DNA of 25,722 bases from Armatimonadota bacterium (GTDB lineage Bacteria; Armatimonadota; UBA10988), in NCBI GenBank assembly GCA_016235455.1, contig JACRKZ010000103.1, positions 32,481 to 58,202 on the forward strand, written 5' to 3'. Under the pieces are notes generated by a model that did not search any database, was not told the origin of the DNA, and worked only from the letters and a program-made list of their open reading frames with translations. Positions 1-9,664 of the stretch are shown in pieces (position 1 is the stretch's first letter; each line of letters starts with the position of its first letter). A program made the translations under genes and the position numbers.

Positions 1-1
1 C

Positions 2-1621
2 GGCAACTACGGCAACAGCGGCTATGGCAGCACCGGCAACTACGGCTCGTACGGCACGAACTTTGGCGGCACCAACTACAACAGCAGTTGGCGCTCGAGG
101 CTGAGTGCGCGCCAGACGACCACCGACACGCAGGCCTCGAGCGGCAGTGGCGGCACGGCCTTTCGGATGATGGCGGGCACGCGTTGGGGCCACTTCCAGG
201 CCAGCGGCGAGTACAAGGCCATCAGCGACAACTTCGCGCGGGTGGACAGCACGGGCTTCTATCAGAACGAGCGCGGCTGGTCGCTCAACTCGTCGTACGA
301 GCCGGGCGGGGCCTTCAGCCTGACGGCCAGCGCAAGCTCTTATGTGCGGCCCTATGACTACACCGTCACGACCAGTGGCACCTCTGTGACGACGCGCACA
401 CGGGTCACCTCGGCCACGCAGGCAGCCACACTGAGTTGGCGGCCGGGTACGCGCACGCAGATGCAGCTCGTCTACAACTCGCAGTCGAACAGCGGCGGCG
501 GCTCGGGCAACAGCGTGTCGCGGGTGGGCGCCAACCTGCAGCGCAGCTTCGGGCGCATGTTGCAGGTGACAGGTGGCGTGGACATGACGTCGAGCGGGTC
601 GAGCGGCACGCTGACCGGCCTGACCACCACGCAGAGCATCTCGACCAACGCCTTTACCGGCCGCGGCGGCCTGTCGCTCTCCTCGCCTGGCGGGCGGCTC
701 AGCTCACGGGTCGACTACAGCCTGTCCAACTCCACCTCGTCGACCACCAAGAACACCGCGTCGAGCATTGTCGGCTCGTTGTCGTGGCAGGCTCTGTCAC
801 GCCTGTCGTTCCAGTTCAGCCATCAGCTGAGCGATTCCGAGAGCACTTCGCTGGTCGGCCGGCCAGACGACACGGCCACAACCCGCGGGTACCCACGCCC
901 GCTGTGGGCCCGGTCGCGAACCACGGTGGCCATCGACCCGCTGACCGGACTGCCCATTGGCTATAGCGCCGACGCGACCAACAAGAGCCAGAGCACCAAC
1001 CTGTCCATGACCGTGGAGCCGATCAAGGACGTCAACCTGACCGCGTCCTGGAGCAAGTCGGTGACCGACACGGGCCGCCTGGCCGGCAGCACATCGGACA
1101 GCTGGCAGGCCAACCTGCACTGGCAGGCCAGCGACGCCATGGGGCTGGGCATCGGCTACAACATCCAGAAGATGAAGTACACCGATTCCGGCGATCGCAC
1201 CAACACGGGTATCATCAACGCCACGTTCGACTGGCGGTTGAGCCAGTACCTGGATATGCGCGCCGACTGGCAGTCGATGAACACGCACAACGTGATCACC
1301 TCGACCAGCACGACCGACTCAAGCTACGGCATCAGCCCCAACAGCAGCTACAGCTCGCTCGGTGGTGATCTGCGCTGGCAGATCCGCGGCAGCCGCTACA
1401 GCACCTACGCCTCGATCCGGCTGGACAACTCCACGGGCAGCACGCAAGCCTACTCGCGGCTGGGCTTCCAGACCGGCTGGGACATGAAGCTAACGCAGGT
1501 GCTCGGTCTGCGCATGGGCTATGAGTTTACCAACTACGCCAACACCGGCAGCGACACCGGCACGACCTCGGGCAGCTACGTTTCCCACCTGTTCAACGCC
1601 ACGCTGGGCGCTCGCTTCTAG
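2..1621 (+). CDS. Large outer-membrane beta-barrel protein, 5'-partial (starts before the window)
   Basis: Frame is open from position 2 (GNYGNSGYGSTGNYGSYGTNFGG...) into the 167..1621 ORF. It has many amphipathic beta-strands with aromatic ends, Ser/Thr-rich loops, and a C-terminal 'FNATLGARF' ending in Phe (BAM beta-signal-like). Confidence 0.7.
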   Translation, partial: GNYGNSGYGSTGNYGSYGTNFGGTNYNSSWRSRLSARQTTTDTQASSGSGGTAFRMMAGTRWGHFQASGEYKAISDNFARVDSTGFYQNERGWSLNSSYEPGGAFSLTASASSYVRPYDYTVTTSGTSVTTRTRVTSATQAATLSWRPGTRTQMQLVYNSQSNSGGGSGNSVSRVGANLQRSFGRMLQVTGGVDMTSSGSSGTLTGLTTTQSISTNAFTGRGGLSLSSPGGRLSSRVDYSLSNSTSSTTKNTASSIVGSLSWQALSRLSFQFSHQLSDSESTSLVGRPDDTATTRGYPRPLWARSRTTVAIDPLTGLPIGYSADATNKSQSTNLSMTVEPIKDVNLTASWSKSVTDTGRLAGSTSDSWQANLHWQASDAMGLGIGYNIQKMKYTDSGDRTNTGIINATFDWRLSQYLDMRADWQSMNTHNVITSTSTTDSSYGISPNSSYSSLGGDLRWQIRGSRYSTYASIRLDNSTGSTQAYSRLGFQTGWDMKLTQVLGLRMGYEFTNYANTGSDTGTTSGSYVSHLFNATLGARF

Positions 1622-1667
1622 CGCTCCGCGCCGGTTGGCAGCACACTGCTGACGGTGGAGAGCGCCC

Positions 1668-2378
1668 ATGGTGAGGATCCGTCGGGCCGCCGAGCGCGGC
1701 CACGCTGAGCACGGCTGGCTGGACTCCTGGCATACCTTCTCGTTCGCCGACTACCACGACCCCGAGCACATGGGCTGGCGGTCGCTGCGCGTGGTCAATG
1801 AGGACCGCGTCGCCGCGGGCATGGGCTTCCCCACGCACGGGCACCGCGACATGGAGATCATCTCCTATGTCGTCTCCGGCGCGCTGCGGCACCGTGACAG
1901 CCTGGACCATGAGCAGGTGCTGAGCCCCAACCAGGTGCAGGTGATGAGCGCGGGCACGGGCATCATGCACAGCGAGTTCAACGCCTCGCGCGAGGCAACG
2001 GTGCACTTCCTGCAGATCTGGCTGCTGCCCGACCGCACCGGCCACACACCACGCTATGAGCAGCGAGACTGGCCCGAGTCGATGCGGCTCAACCGGCTCT
2101 GCCTGGTGGCCTCGCCCGACGGCGCCGACGGCTCCTCGCTCCTGCACCAGGAGGCACGTGTGTACGCCAGTCTGTTGGCCACCGGCCACCGCCTCGAGCA
2201 CGCGCTGGCGCCCGGCCGCGGCGTCTGGCTCCAGTTGGTACGCGGCGAAGTGGCAGCTCAAGGCGTAACGCTGCGCGCGGGCGACGGGCTGGCCGTGGAC
2301 GGTGTGCCCAACGTCGGCATCGTGGCCATCGCCGACAGTGAGTTCATCCTGTTCGACCTCGGGGAGGAGTCGGCGTAG
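1668..2378 (+). CDS. Pirin family protein (YhhW/quercetin 2,3-dioxygenase-like bicupin)
   Basis: Motifs HGWLDSWHTFSFADY, GFPTHGHRDMEIISYV, MSAGTGIMHSEFN and FLQIW; GGAG RBS upstream. Confidence 0.93.
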   Translation: MVRIRRAAERGHAEHGWLDSWHTFSFADYHDPEHMGWRSLRVVNEDRVAAGMGFPTHGHRDMEIISYVVSGALRHRDSLDHEQVLSPNQVQVMSAGTGIMHSEFNASREATVHFLQIWLLPDRTGHTPRYEQRDWPESMRLNRLCLVASPDGADGSSLLHQEARVYASLLATGHRLEHALAPGRGVWLQLVRGEVAAQGVTLRAGDGLAVDGVPNVGIVAIADSEFILFDLGEESA

Positions 2379-2422
2379 AAGGCTGCGTAGACCCGCGAGC
2401 GTTCGCCCACGGAGCCCGGCCC

Positions 2423-5314
2423 ATGATCGCTCGCCTCACTTGCCTCGCACTATGTCTCGCCGCGGCCAGCGCCGATGACCTGACCGACCGACTGGCGCGG
2501 ATCGGCACCTGGGATGGCCGGACGGCCCAGGCCGAACTGGCCGGTCCCTATGAGGACACGCTCCAGCAGGCGGTGCCGTTCGGCCGTCGCTCCTACTACC
2601 TGACGCCGTGGCGCGCGTACCTGGACACCTGGCCGGCGCGCCGCTATCTGGACTGTCCCGGCGTCAACTTCAATGTGCCCAACGAGGCAGCCATCGAGCC
2701 GATGGCGCGAATCCTCGGCGAGAGCGGCATGACTCACGCCCGCGTCGAGATCGGCTGGGGCAGCATGGACTGGGACAAGCCCGATACGCTGCCGGAGCAT
2801 GTGGCCCGACGGCTGGCGCGGACTCTGCGCGCGCTGAGAGCCAACGGCGTGCGCCCGCTGATACTGCTGAACGCCAACTCCGGCTGGCCCGTGCCGATCC
2901 ATGGTTTCCGCGCCAAGCTGCTGGCCGACGCCGCGGTTGGCGCGAGGGAGATCGCCCTCGACCAGACCAGGGACGTGGTCGTCGGCCACACCGGCCTGCG
3001 CGGTCAGGCCTACCAGATCGCCTTCCCGCTGATCACCGCGGTGGACGTGGCCAGTGGGCGCTGCACGCTCTCCGCGCCGCTGGCCAACGCGGTGAAGGCC
3101 GGCGACCTTGAGCTGTTCACGCTCAAGTACACACCCTTTGGCGGACCGGAACTGGACCAGACCGTGGCCGGCTGGATGGCCTACGTGCGCGGTCTGGCCC
3201 ACTTCTGCCGCGACACACTGGCCACGGGCGACGCGCGCGACGCGGGCTTCGACCTGGAGGTGTGGAACGAGTTGACCTTCGGCAGTCAGTTCCTCGAGGA
3301 CCGCAACTACTACCAGCCGGCTCGAGCTGGCGCCCGGGCTTGGGAGTACAGCCGCTGGGGCCGCACCAACCGCGGCTACACCAACCTGTTGTGCATGACC
3401 GCCGACTGGGTCGCCGAGCCGGCCTCGGGGCTGCCGGGGGTGAAGGTCATCACCGGCTTCTCCAACCAGTGGCCATGGGACAACGGCACGGACATGTGGC
3501 CCACGCAGACCGGCTTCAGCCGGCACTACTACACCGGTCTGGCACGCTGGGACCGCGCCGACGCCGAGGTCGGCACGGTCTGTGCGGCAACCATGTCGGC
3601 CAGCGAGGCCAAGAGCGGCCCGCTGAACGCGTTGGGCCAGCCGGATGGTAAGTCCGACGGCAAGGACTGGCACACGGTCGAGCCGGGCAGCTTCTTCGTG
3701 CCCACTTTCCGCCGCGGCTACCCTGAGTACTGGCTGTCCGCGGGGCAGACCGAGTTCATGGCACGCGACCTGCAACCCTACCCCGGCCCGTGGGCCACGC
3801 ACCACCGCTACAGCCAGCCCGGCACCGGCCGGCCGCCCGAGGTCTGGCAGACCGAGTTCAACTGCGACCGCGCGCCGTTCTTCGACGGTCTGTTCGCCAC
3901 CGGCATCGAGCGCGACGACCCGCGCGCGCGGGCACTGGCGCAGTGGGTGGGCGCCAAGGCCATGTTGCGGGCCTTCCCGTTCTACAGCCACAAGGGCCTG
4001 CGCACCATGACCGCCTTCGCCGTGCATGAGAGCGACTACAGCCTGGCCATGCTGCCCGAAGCGTTCTGGCGCGAACTGGAAGCCGCCAAGTGGCAACTCA
4101 CGCCCCAGGTGCGCGCCGCTGTCGGCCCGCAGATGGTCTTGCTCAAGCGCGTCAGCGATGTCATGCGGCGGGGGAAGGTGGACGGCGAGGCAAGGCCGCT
4201 GACGGTGACCCGGGTGGTCGAGCATCAGCCGCGGCTGGTCTTCGCCGGTGACGGCAGCCCGGCGCATCCCGACCGCTACCAGCGCGACGACCTGGCCGTG
4301 CTGCCCTGGCAGCTCGATACCGACCGCTTCGTGCTGGGCGTCTACGTGGTCACGCGCGACATGATGCACGTCTGGGATGCCAAGCGCGATCCGCTCGATC
4401 CGGCACGCTACACCATGCCCGACCAGACCTTCGACGTGACGCTGGGCAACCTGCGCGGCCGTGGCCTGCGCGCGGCGCTGTATGACCCGTGGACCGACCG
4501 CACCACCCCGCTGACGCCGCTGGCGGGCACTGCCACGTCAGTCACGCTGCGCCTACCGGTGACCGACTCGCCGCGCTTCGTGTACCTGACCGAGGCGCAG
4601 CCCGGCCCGCTGGTGGAGTCGCCACGGCTGACCGGCACCAGGCTGACGTTCACGCCGCGCACGGCTGGTCGGGCCACCATCACCTGGGGCAGCCTGCCCC
4701 AGCGCACGGCCGCCGGCGGCTCACGCGTGGTCAACGCGGCGGCTGGCCAGGCGATCACCGTCGACATGCCGGCGTTGGGCGCCAAGCAAGGCCTGCGCGT
4801 GACGCTGGCCAGCGACGGGCTGACCGCGGTCTGGCCGCGCTGGGACTGGGATGTGGCCGGCGTGCCGAGCTTCGTCGCGCCGGCGGCCGGCAGCGGCTTG
4901 CCGCCGGGCACGGTGACGCTGCCCAAGCTGCCGAGCGGCCCCGCAGCCGCGCGCTGGACCTGCGCACGCGACGGCGACACCTGGGATCTCGGCGCAGGTG
5001 ACCCGCTGCATGTGACCTTGCGCCCGGCCGACGTGCCACCGGCGCAGGCAGCGACGCTGCTGCCCGTCACGGCGCCGGGCGACCAGGTCAGCCTGGAGGC
5101 CGTCACCTGGTCCGGCCGGCCGGCCTGGCGCGCGGTCTATCGGCTGGATGCCACGGCGCATCCGGGCGAGCGCGCCCTGGCGCAGACGTGGTGGATCACA
5201 CCGGTGGGCGACGGGCTGCTGGTGCTGGAGGCCAAGGGCTCGGGCGCGGCGGCCGCGCGCGAGGAGACAGCACTGGCTGGGCTGCTAGACCAGGTGACCT
5301 TCCAGGACAAGTAG
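2423..5314 (+). CDS. Secreted multidomain protein with a clan GH-A-like glycoside hydrolase domain
   Basis: Signal peptide MIARLTCLALCLAAASA; candidate acid/base motif LEVWNE, an HYY motif and candidate nucleophile motif VWQTEFN; beta-rich C-terminal domains; GGAG RBS. Confidence 0.6.
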   Translation: MIARLTCLALCLAAASADDLTDRLARIGTWDGRTAQAELAGPYEDTLQQAVPFGRRSYYLTPWRAYLDTWPARRYLDCPGVNFNVPNEAAIEPMARILGESGMTHARVEIGWGSMDWDKPDTLPEHVARRLARTLRALRANGVRPLILLNANSGWPVPIHGFRAKLLADAAVGAREIALDQTRDVVVGHTGLRGQAYQIAFPLITAVDVASGRCTLSAPLANAVKAGDLELFTLKYTPFGGPELDQTVAGWMAYVRGLAHFCRDTLATGDARDAGFDLEVWNELTFGSQFLEDRNYYQPARAGARAWEYSRWGRTNRGYTNLLCMTADWVAEPASGLPGVKVITGFSNQWPWDNGTDMWPTQTGFSRHYYTGLARWDRADAEVGTVCAATMSASEAKSGPLNALGQPDGKSDGKDWHTVEPGSFFVPTFRRGYPEYWLSAGQTEFMARDLQPYPGPWATHHRYSQPGTGRPPEVWQTEFNCDRAPFFDGLFATGIERDDPRARALAQWVGAKAMLRAFPFYSHKGLRTMTAFAVHESDYSLAMLPEAFWRELEAAKWQLTPQVRAAVGPQMVLLKRVSDVMRRGKVDGEARPLTVTRVVEHQPRLVFAGDGSPAHPDRYQRDDLAVLPWQLDTDRFVLGVYVVTRDMMHVWDAKRDPLDPARYTMPDQTFDVTLGNLRGRGLRAALYDPWTDRTTPLTPLAGTATSVTLRLPVTDSPRFVYLTEAQPGPLVESPRLTGTRLTFTPRTAGRATITWGSLPQRTAAGGSRVVNAAAGQAITVDMPALGAKQGLRVTLASDGLTAVWPRWDWDVAGVPSFVAPAAGSGLPPGTVTLPKLPSGPAAARWTCARDGDTWDLGAGDPLHVTLRPADVPPAQAATLLPVTAPGDQVSLEAVTWSGRPAWRAVYRLDATAHPGERALAQTWWITPVGDGLLVLEAKGSGAAAAREETALAGLLDQVTFQDK

Positions 5315-6871
5315 CCAGTCCGGCGCCTCACCCGCGGGCGGCTCGCACACCTGGCCGTCGACCACGGCGCCCAGCGGCGTGGCCTGGCCCGTGGCCGGAT
5401 CGTAGGCCGTCGCCCGCCACTCGCCGGACAACGCGGCCGGGCGTAGTGCCCGGCGGCTCGGCGCATAGATGAAGCGGACCTGGTCGGCGAGGCCCGCACA
5501 ATAGGCGCGGTCGTGGGAGTCGGAGGGCTCGCCGGTCAGCTCGGCCCACTCGGGATGCGACTCGAAGCGCCACCAGTCGTACCCGCAGAGCAGCCCCTTG
5601 GCCCAGCCGAGCTGGCCCGAGCCGGGATAGGCCATGGCCTCCTCCCACGGCGTCACGCCGTAGTTGCCGCCATGGGGCGAAGCGCCATGCGGCTGGCCGG
5701 CGCGGTTGCACTGCCAGATACCGTTGGCGCCGTAGGTGTGGCCGCAAGCGCCCGACAGCACCGAGGCCCAGAACATGAGGCGCTGCGTGTCCGTGGTGAT
5801 GGTGCCCATCAGCCCTTCGTAGGCCACCTCGCTGTTGAGTACGGGCATGGTCGGCGACTGCCCGAGCGACCACAGCAGCGTGTCGACGGTCGGCGCCAGC
5901 ACCTCGCGGTTGCCATGGCCAGTCTGCAACATGTCGAACTCGATCAGCGACTCGTCGTCGATGGCGCCACGCGAGCTGAGGCGGCCGAGCCCGGTGGGGT
6001 GGATGCTCAGCGGCCGCTGCCAGGGGTCGATGGCGCGAATGTAGCGGGCCACGTCGGTCCATTGGGTCACCGCCGCGCGGTCGTCATAGGGGAAGCCTTC
6101 GGCCAGGTAGTACGGCAGGTTGGACTCGCCGGCCACGCACCAGACCATGGGATAGGCCGCATAGCGCGCCAAGAGATAGCGCCAGTGCGCTTTGAGCCGG
6201 TGGACGCCCATCCAGCCGACGAAGTAGCCCCAGGCGCCCACCAGACAGGGCATCAGCCCGACATCGATCAGATAAGCCAGGCGCTCGTCGACGCGGTCGA
6301 AGTACTCGGGCCGGATGGTGCCGAAGCCCTCGGTCCACGGAAAGCCCGCCTCGTTGGCGCCGCGCGGATCGAAGGCGGGCATATCGGGATAGAGTCCAGC
6401 GACGATCTGCACCACGCTAAAGCCCTTGGCCAGCCGGTCGGCGGCAAGTTGACCGAACTCCTCGGGCCAGCGCAGCCGCCCGCAGAGGCCCATCCACCAA
6501 GTGTCCCCGAGCCAGAAGAACGGCGTGCCGTCGGCGTGCTCAAAGTGGCGCTGGTCGCCGGTCACGGTCAGCGGGCCGTGCGCATACAGCGGGCTGCGCT
6601 CAGCAGCCTCGCTCACAGTGATCGTCGCCGTCTGGGCGTGCAGGCCGGCGTTGGCGGGGTCGGAGCACGCGGTGACCAGCGTATGCTCGCCGGCCAGGGG
6701 TGACGCGTAGCGCACCTTCCAGGCGTCGCCACCGGCCCAGAACGCCGGCACGCGGCGCGTGACGCCGGCCGGGTCGGTCACGAGCGCATCGAGCGTCACC
6801 TCGCCAAACGGGTCGGTGTAGGCCACGGTCGAGATGAAGGCGCGTTCGGCCACGCGATTGAGGCTGGTCAT
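5285..6871 (-). CDS. DUF5060 + DUF4038 (apiosidase/GH140-like) glycoside hydrolase
   Basis: Motifs PAFWAGG..WKVRY, ADGTPFFWLGDTWW, RYLLARYAAYPMVWCVAGE, MLQTGH, PVLNSEVAYEG and GHTYGANGIW; GGGAG RBS; no evident signal peptide; 3' end overlaps the convergent gene by 30 nt. Confidence 0.8.
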   Translation of the reverse strand: MTSLNRVAERAFISTVAYTDPFGEVTLDALVTDPAGVTRRVPAFWAGGDAWKVRYASPLAGEHTLVTACSDPANAGLHAQTATITVSEAAERSPLYAHGPLTVTGDQRHFEHADGTPFFWLGDTWWMGLCGRLRWPEEFGQLAADRLAKGFSVVQIVAGLYPDMPAFDPRGANEAGFPWTEGFGTIRPEYFDRVDERLAYLIDVGLMPCLVGAWGYFVGWMGVHRLKAHWRYLLARYAAYPMVWCVAGESNLPYYLAEGFPYDDRAAVTQWTDVARYIRAIDPWQRPLSIHPTGLGRLSSRGAIDDESLIEFDMLQTGHGNREVLAPTVDTLLWSLGQSPTMPVLNSEVAYEGLMGTITTDTQRLMFWASVLSGACGHTYGANGIWQCNRAGQPHGASPHGGNYGVTPWEEAMAYPGSGQLGWAKGLLCGYDWWRFESHPEWAELTGEPSDSHDRAYCAGLADQVRFIYAPSRRALRPAALSGEWRATAYDPATGQATPLGAVVDGQVCEPPAGEAPDWLLVLEGHLV

Positions 6872-6926
6872 GACGGGCGGCTCCCACCCGCGAGTTCGAG
6901 CCGCGGACGGGAGCTCCTGCCGTCAG

Positions 6927-8879
6927 TCAGCGCAACTGGTACGGCACATCGGTGATCTGCACGCCTGGCCGGCTCAACAGGGCGAGCCGCAGCCACGTTG
7001 CGGTCTGCATATGCAGCAGATGGTGCCACCAGCGCTTGGGCACGAACTGGGGCACGATGACCGTGATGACCTCGTTGGGCAGCGCGTTGGCGGCCAGATT
7101 GTCCACGTAGCGTACCAATGGCGCCAACAACGCGCGGTACGGTGAATGCAGCACGACCAGCCGCACACCCTCGCCATAGACGTCCCAGCGGTCGCGCATC
7201 AACTCCTCCTCGGCCGGGTCGGAGGAGACATGGACGGCAGTCACGTCGTGGGACAAAAGCCGCGCGTAGCGCAGGGCGGCCAGGCTGCCACGATGCACGC
7301 CGGAGACCATGAGGATGACGCGGTTGCGGTTGAGCCGCGGCGCGCTATGGTAGCCGTTGAGCGACAGCTGGCTGCCCAGGTCCTTGTAGTGCGCATGGAT
7401 AGCCATGAAGCAGCCGATGAGCGTGGGCACGAGCAGCAACACGAACCAGGCGCCGTCGCTGAACTTGGTCCAGGCGAAGACGAGCATGACGACGAAGGTG
7501 GCCACTGAGCCCACGCCGTTGATCACCATCTTGGGCCGCCACTTGGCGTCGAAGCGCAGCGTGGAGCCGGGCTCGACGACCTCCTCCTCGGGGCCGAGCC
7601 GGCCGCAGCGGTGCCAACGTCGCGCCATGCCGGCCTGCGACAGGGTGAAGGAGAGGAACACGCCGATGGCATACAGCGGGATGAGCCCGTTAACGCTGGC
7701 GCCGAAGGCGATGATCAGCAGACTGGCTACGACGGCCAGGATAACGATACCCCACGAGAACACCAGCCGGCTGCCCTTGAGCGTCATCTGGCGCGGCAGG
7801 TAGCCGTCGGCGGCCTGCAGCGCGGCCAGGCGAGGGAAGTCGGCGAAGGCGGTGTTGGCGCCCATGAGCAGGATGACCGTGGTGGCCCAGATGGTGCCGA
7901 AGTAGAGCAGGTTGCGGCCGTGGAAGGTCACCTCGGCCAACTGCGAGATGACGGTCACCGCCTCCGAGGGAATGGCCCCGATCTTGACCGAGAGGAAGCT
8001 GATCATCAGGAACAGCGTGCCCAGAATGCCCGACATCCACAGCAGCGTGATGCCGGCGTTGCGGCTGCGCGGCTCGCGGAAGGCCGTGATGCCGTTGGAG
8101 ATGGCCTCCACGCCGGTGAGCGCGGCTGTGCCGCTGGAGAACGCGTGGAGCAGAAGGAAGGGCGTGACGGCGGTCAGCATGTGCTTGGGCTGGAACGGCT
8201 CGACATGGAGACCCATGGCCTGCACGCTGCCCAGGCTGCCCATGGCATAGCGACTCAGCGCGTAGATGACGGTGGTGTACATCATGGCGATGAAGAAGTA
8301 GGTGGGCAGCGCGAAGATAGTGCCTGATTCCTTCACGCCGCGCAGGTTGATGGTCATGATCAGCACCACCGTGCCGACGGCCAGAAGCACGCGGTAGGGG
8401 TAGAGCTGCGGATAGGCGGACGTGATCTGCGCCACCCCGGACGAGATGGACACGGCCACGGTCAGCACATAGTCGGTCAGCAGCGCCGCGCCGGCGGTCT
8501 GCGCGGCGCGTTCGCCGAGGTTGTCGCGGGCCACGATGTAGGCGCCACCGCCGCCGGGGTAGGCGTGGATGGTCTGCTCGTAGGACAGCGTGACGATGAG
8601 CAACAGAGCACAGATGGCCAGCGAGATGGGAATGGCGTAGTGGAAGGCCGACGACCCGACCGCGGCCAGGATGATCAGGATCTCCTGCGTGGCATAGGCC
8701 GACGACGACAGCGCGTCGGACGAGAACACCGCCAGCCCCACGAGCTTGCCGATGGTCTGATGGCCCGCGTCGGCCGTGGACAGCACCTCGCCAACCAGCC
8801 AGCGCCGCCAGCGCGGCACCGGCAGTGGCTCCACCGTGTGCCGCATGACGGTCGTCTTCTCGTGCGCGATGTTCTGCAT
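6927..8879 (-). CDS. kimA: APC-superfamily permease, KimA/YdaO-type potassium transporter
   Basis: About 12 TM helices with SSDALSSSAY, YPGGGGAYIVA..NLG, LTDYVLTVAVS, ALTGVEAISNG and LIPLYAIGVF; cytoplasmic C-terminal domain with SPYR and 'WWHHLLHMQ'. The acidic/Tyr residues typical of KimA are present. Confidence 0.8.
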   Translation of the reverse strand: MQNIAHEKTTVMRHTVEPLPVPRWRRWLVGEVLSTADAGHQTIGKLVGLAVFSSDALSSSAYATQEILIILAAVGSSAFHYAIPISLAICALLLIVTLSYEQTIHAYPGGGGAYIVARDNLGERAAQTAGAALLTDYVLTVAVSISSGVAQITSAYPQLYPYRVLLAVGTVVLIMTINLRGVKESGTIFALPTYFFIAMMYTTVIYALSRYAMGSLGSVQAMGLHVEPFQPKHMLTAVTPFLLLHAFSSGTAALTGVEAISNGITAFREPRSRNAGITLLWMSGILGTLFLMISFLSVKIGAIPSEAVTVISQLAEVTFHGRNLLYFGTIWATTVILLMGANTAFADFPRLAALQAADGYLPRQMTLKGSRLVFSWGIVILAVVASLLIIAFGASVNGLIPLYAIGVFLSFTLSQAGMARRWHRCGRLGPEEEVVEPGSTLRFDAKWRPKMVINGVGSVATFVVMLVFAWTKFSDGAWFVLLLVPTLIGCFMAIHAHYKDLGSQLSLNGYHSAPRLNRNRVILMVSGVHRGSLAALRYARLLSHDVTAVHVSSDPAEEELMRDRWDVYGEGVRLVVLHSPYRALLAPLVRYVDNLAANALPNEVITVIVPQFVPKRWWHHLLHMQTATWLRLALLSRPGVQITDVPYQLR

Positions 8880-8943
8880 GGCACTGCTCTCTGGCCAGGC
8901 AGGCCTGGTCGTCAGCAGTGTCAGTCCGTGGCCGTCCAGCCTA

Positions 8944-8977
8944 TGTCAAGATCGGCGGCCCGGATATCAAGGAACTG

Positions 8978-8982
<5 letters not shown>
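8944..8982 (-). promoter_or_regulatory. Putative KdpE (OmpR-family) direct-repeat binding site upstream of kimA
   Basis: Minus strand CTTGACA (8982-8976), CTTGATA (8971-8965) and CTTGACA (8950-8944), spaced 11 and 21 bp; TAGGCT (-10-like) follows the last copy. Confidence 0.6.

Positions 8983-9660
<678 letters not shown>

Positions 9661-9664
<4 letters not shown>

Noticed and set aside
2450-4369. 639-aa antisense ORF and similar long ORFs (5513..6703, 14808..15998, 17101..18177, 18400..19527, 19856..21103)
   Set aside because: Shadow ORFs opposite well-supported genes, expected in high-GC DNA; no recognisable motifs.
8880-8977. c-di-AMP (ydaO) riboswitch upstream of kimA
   Set aside because: The spacer is only 98 nt, has no recognisable aptamer or terminator, and is occupied by direct repeats.
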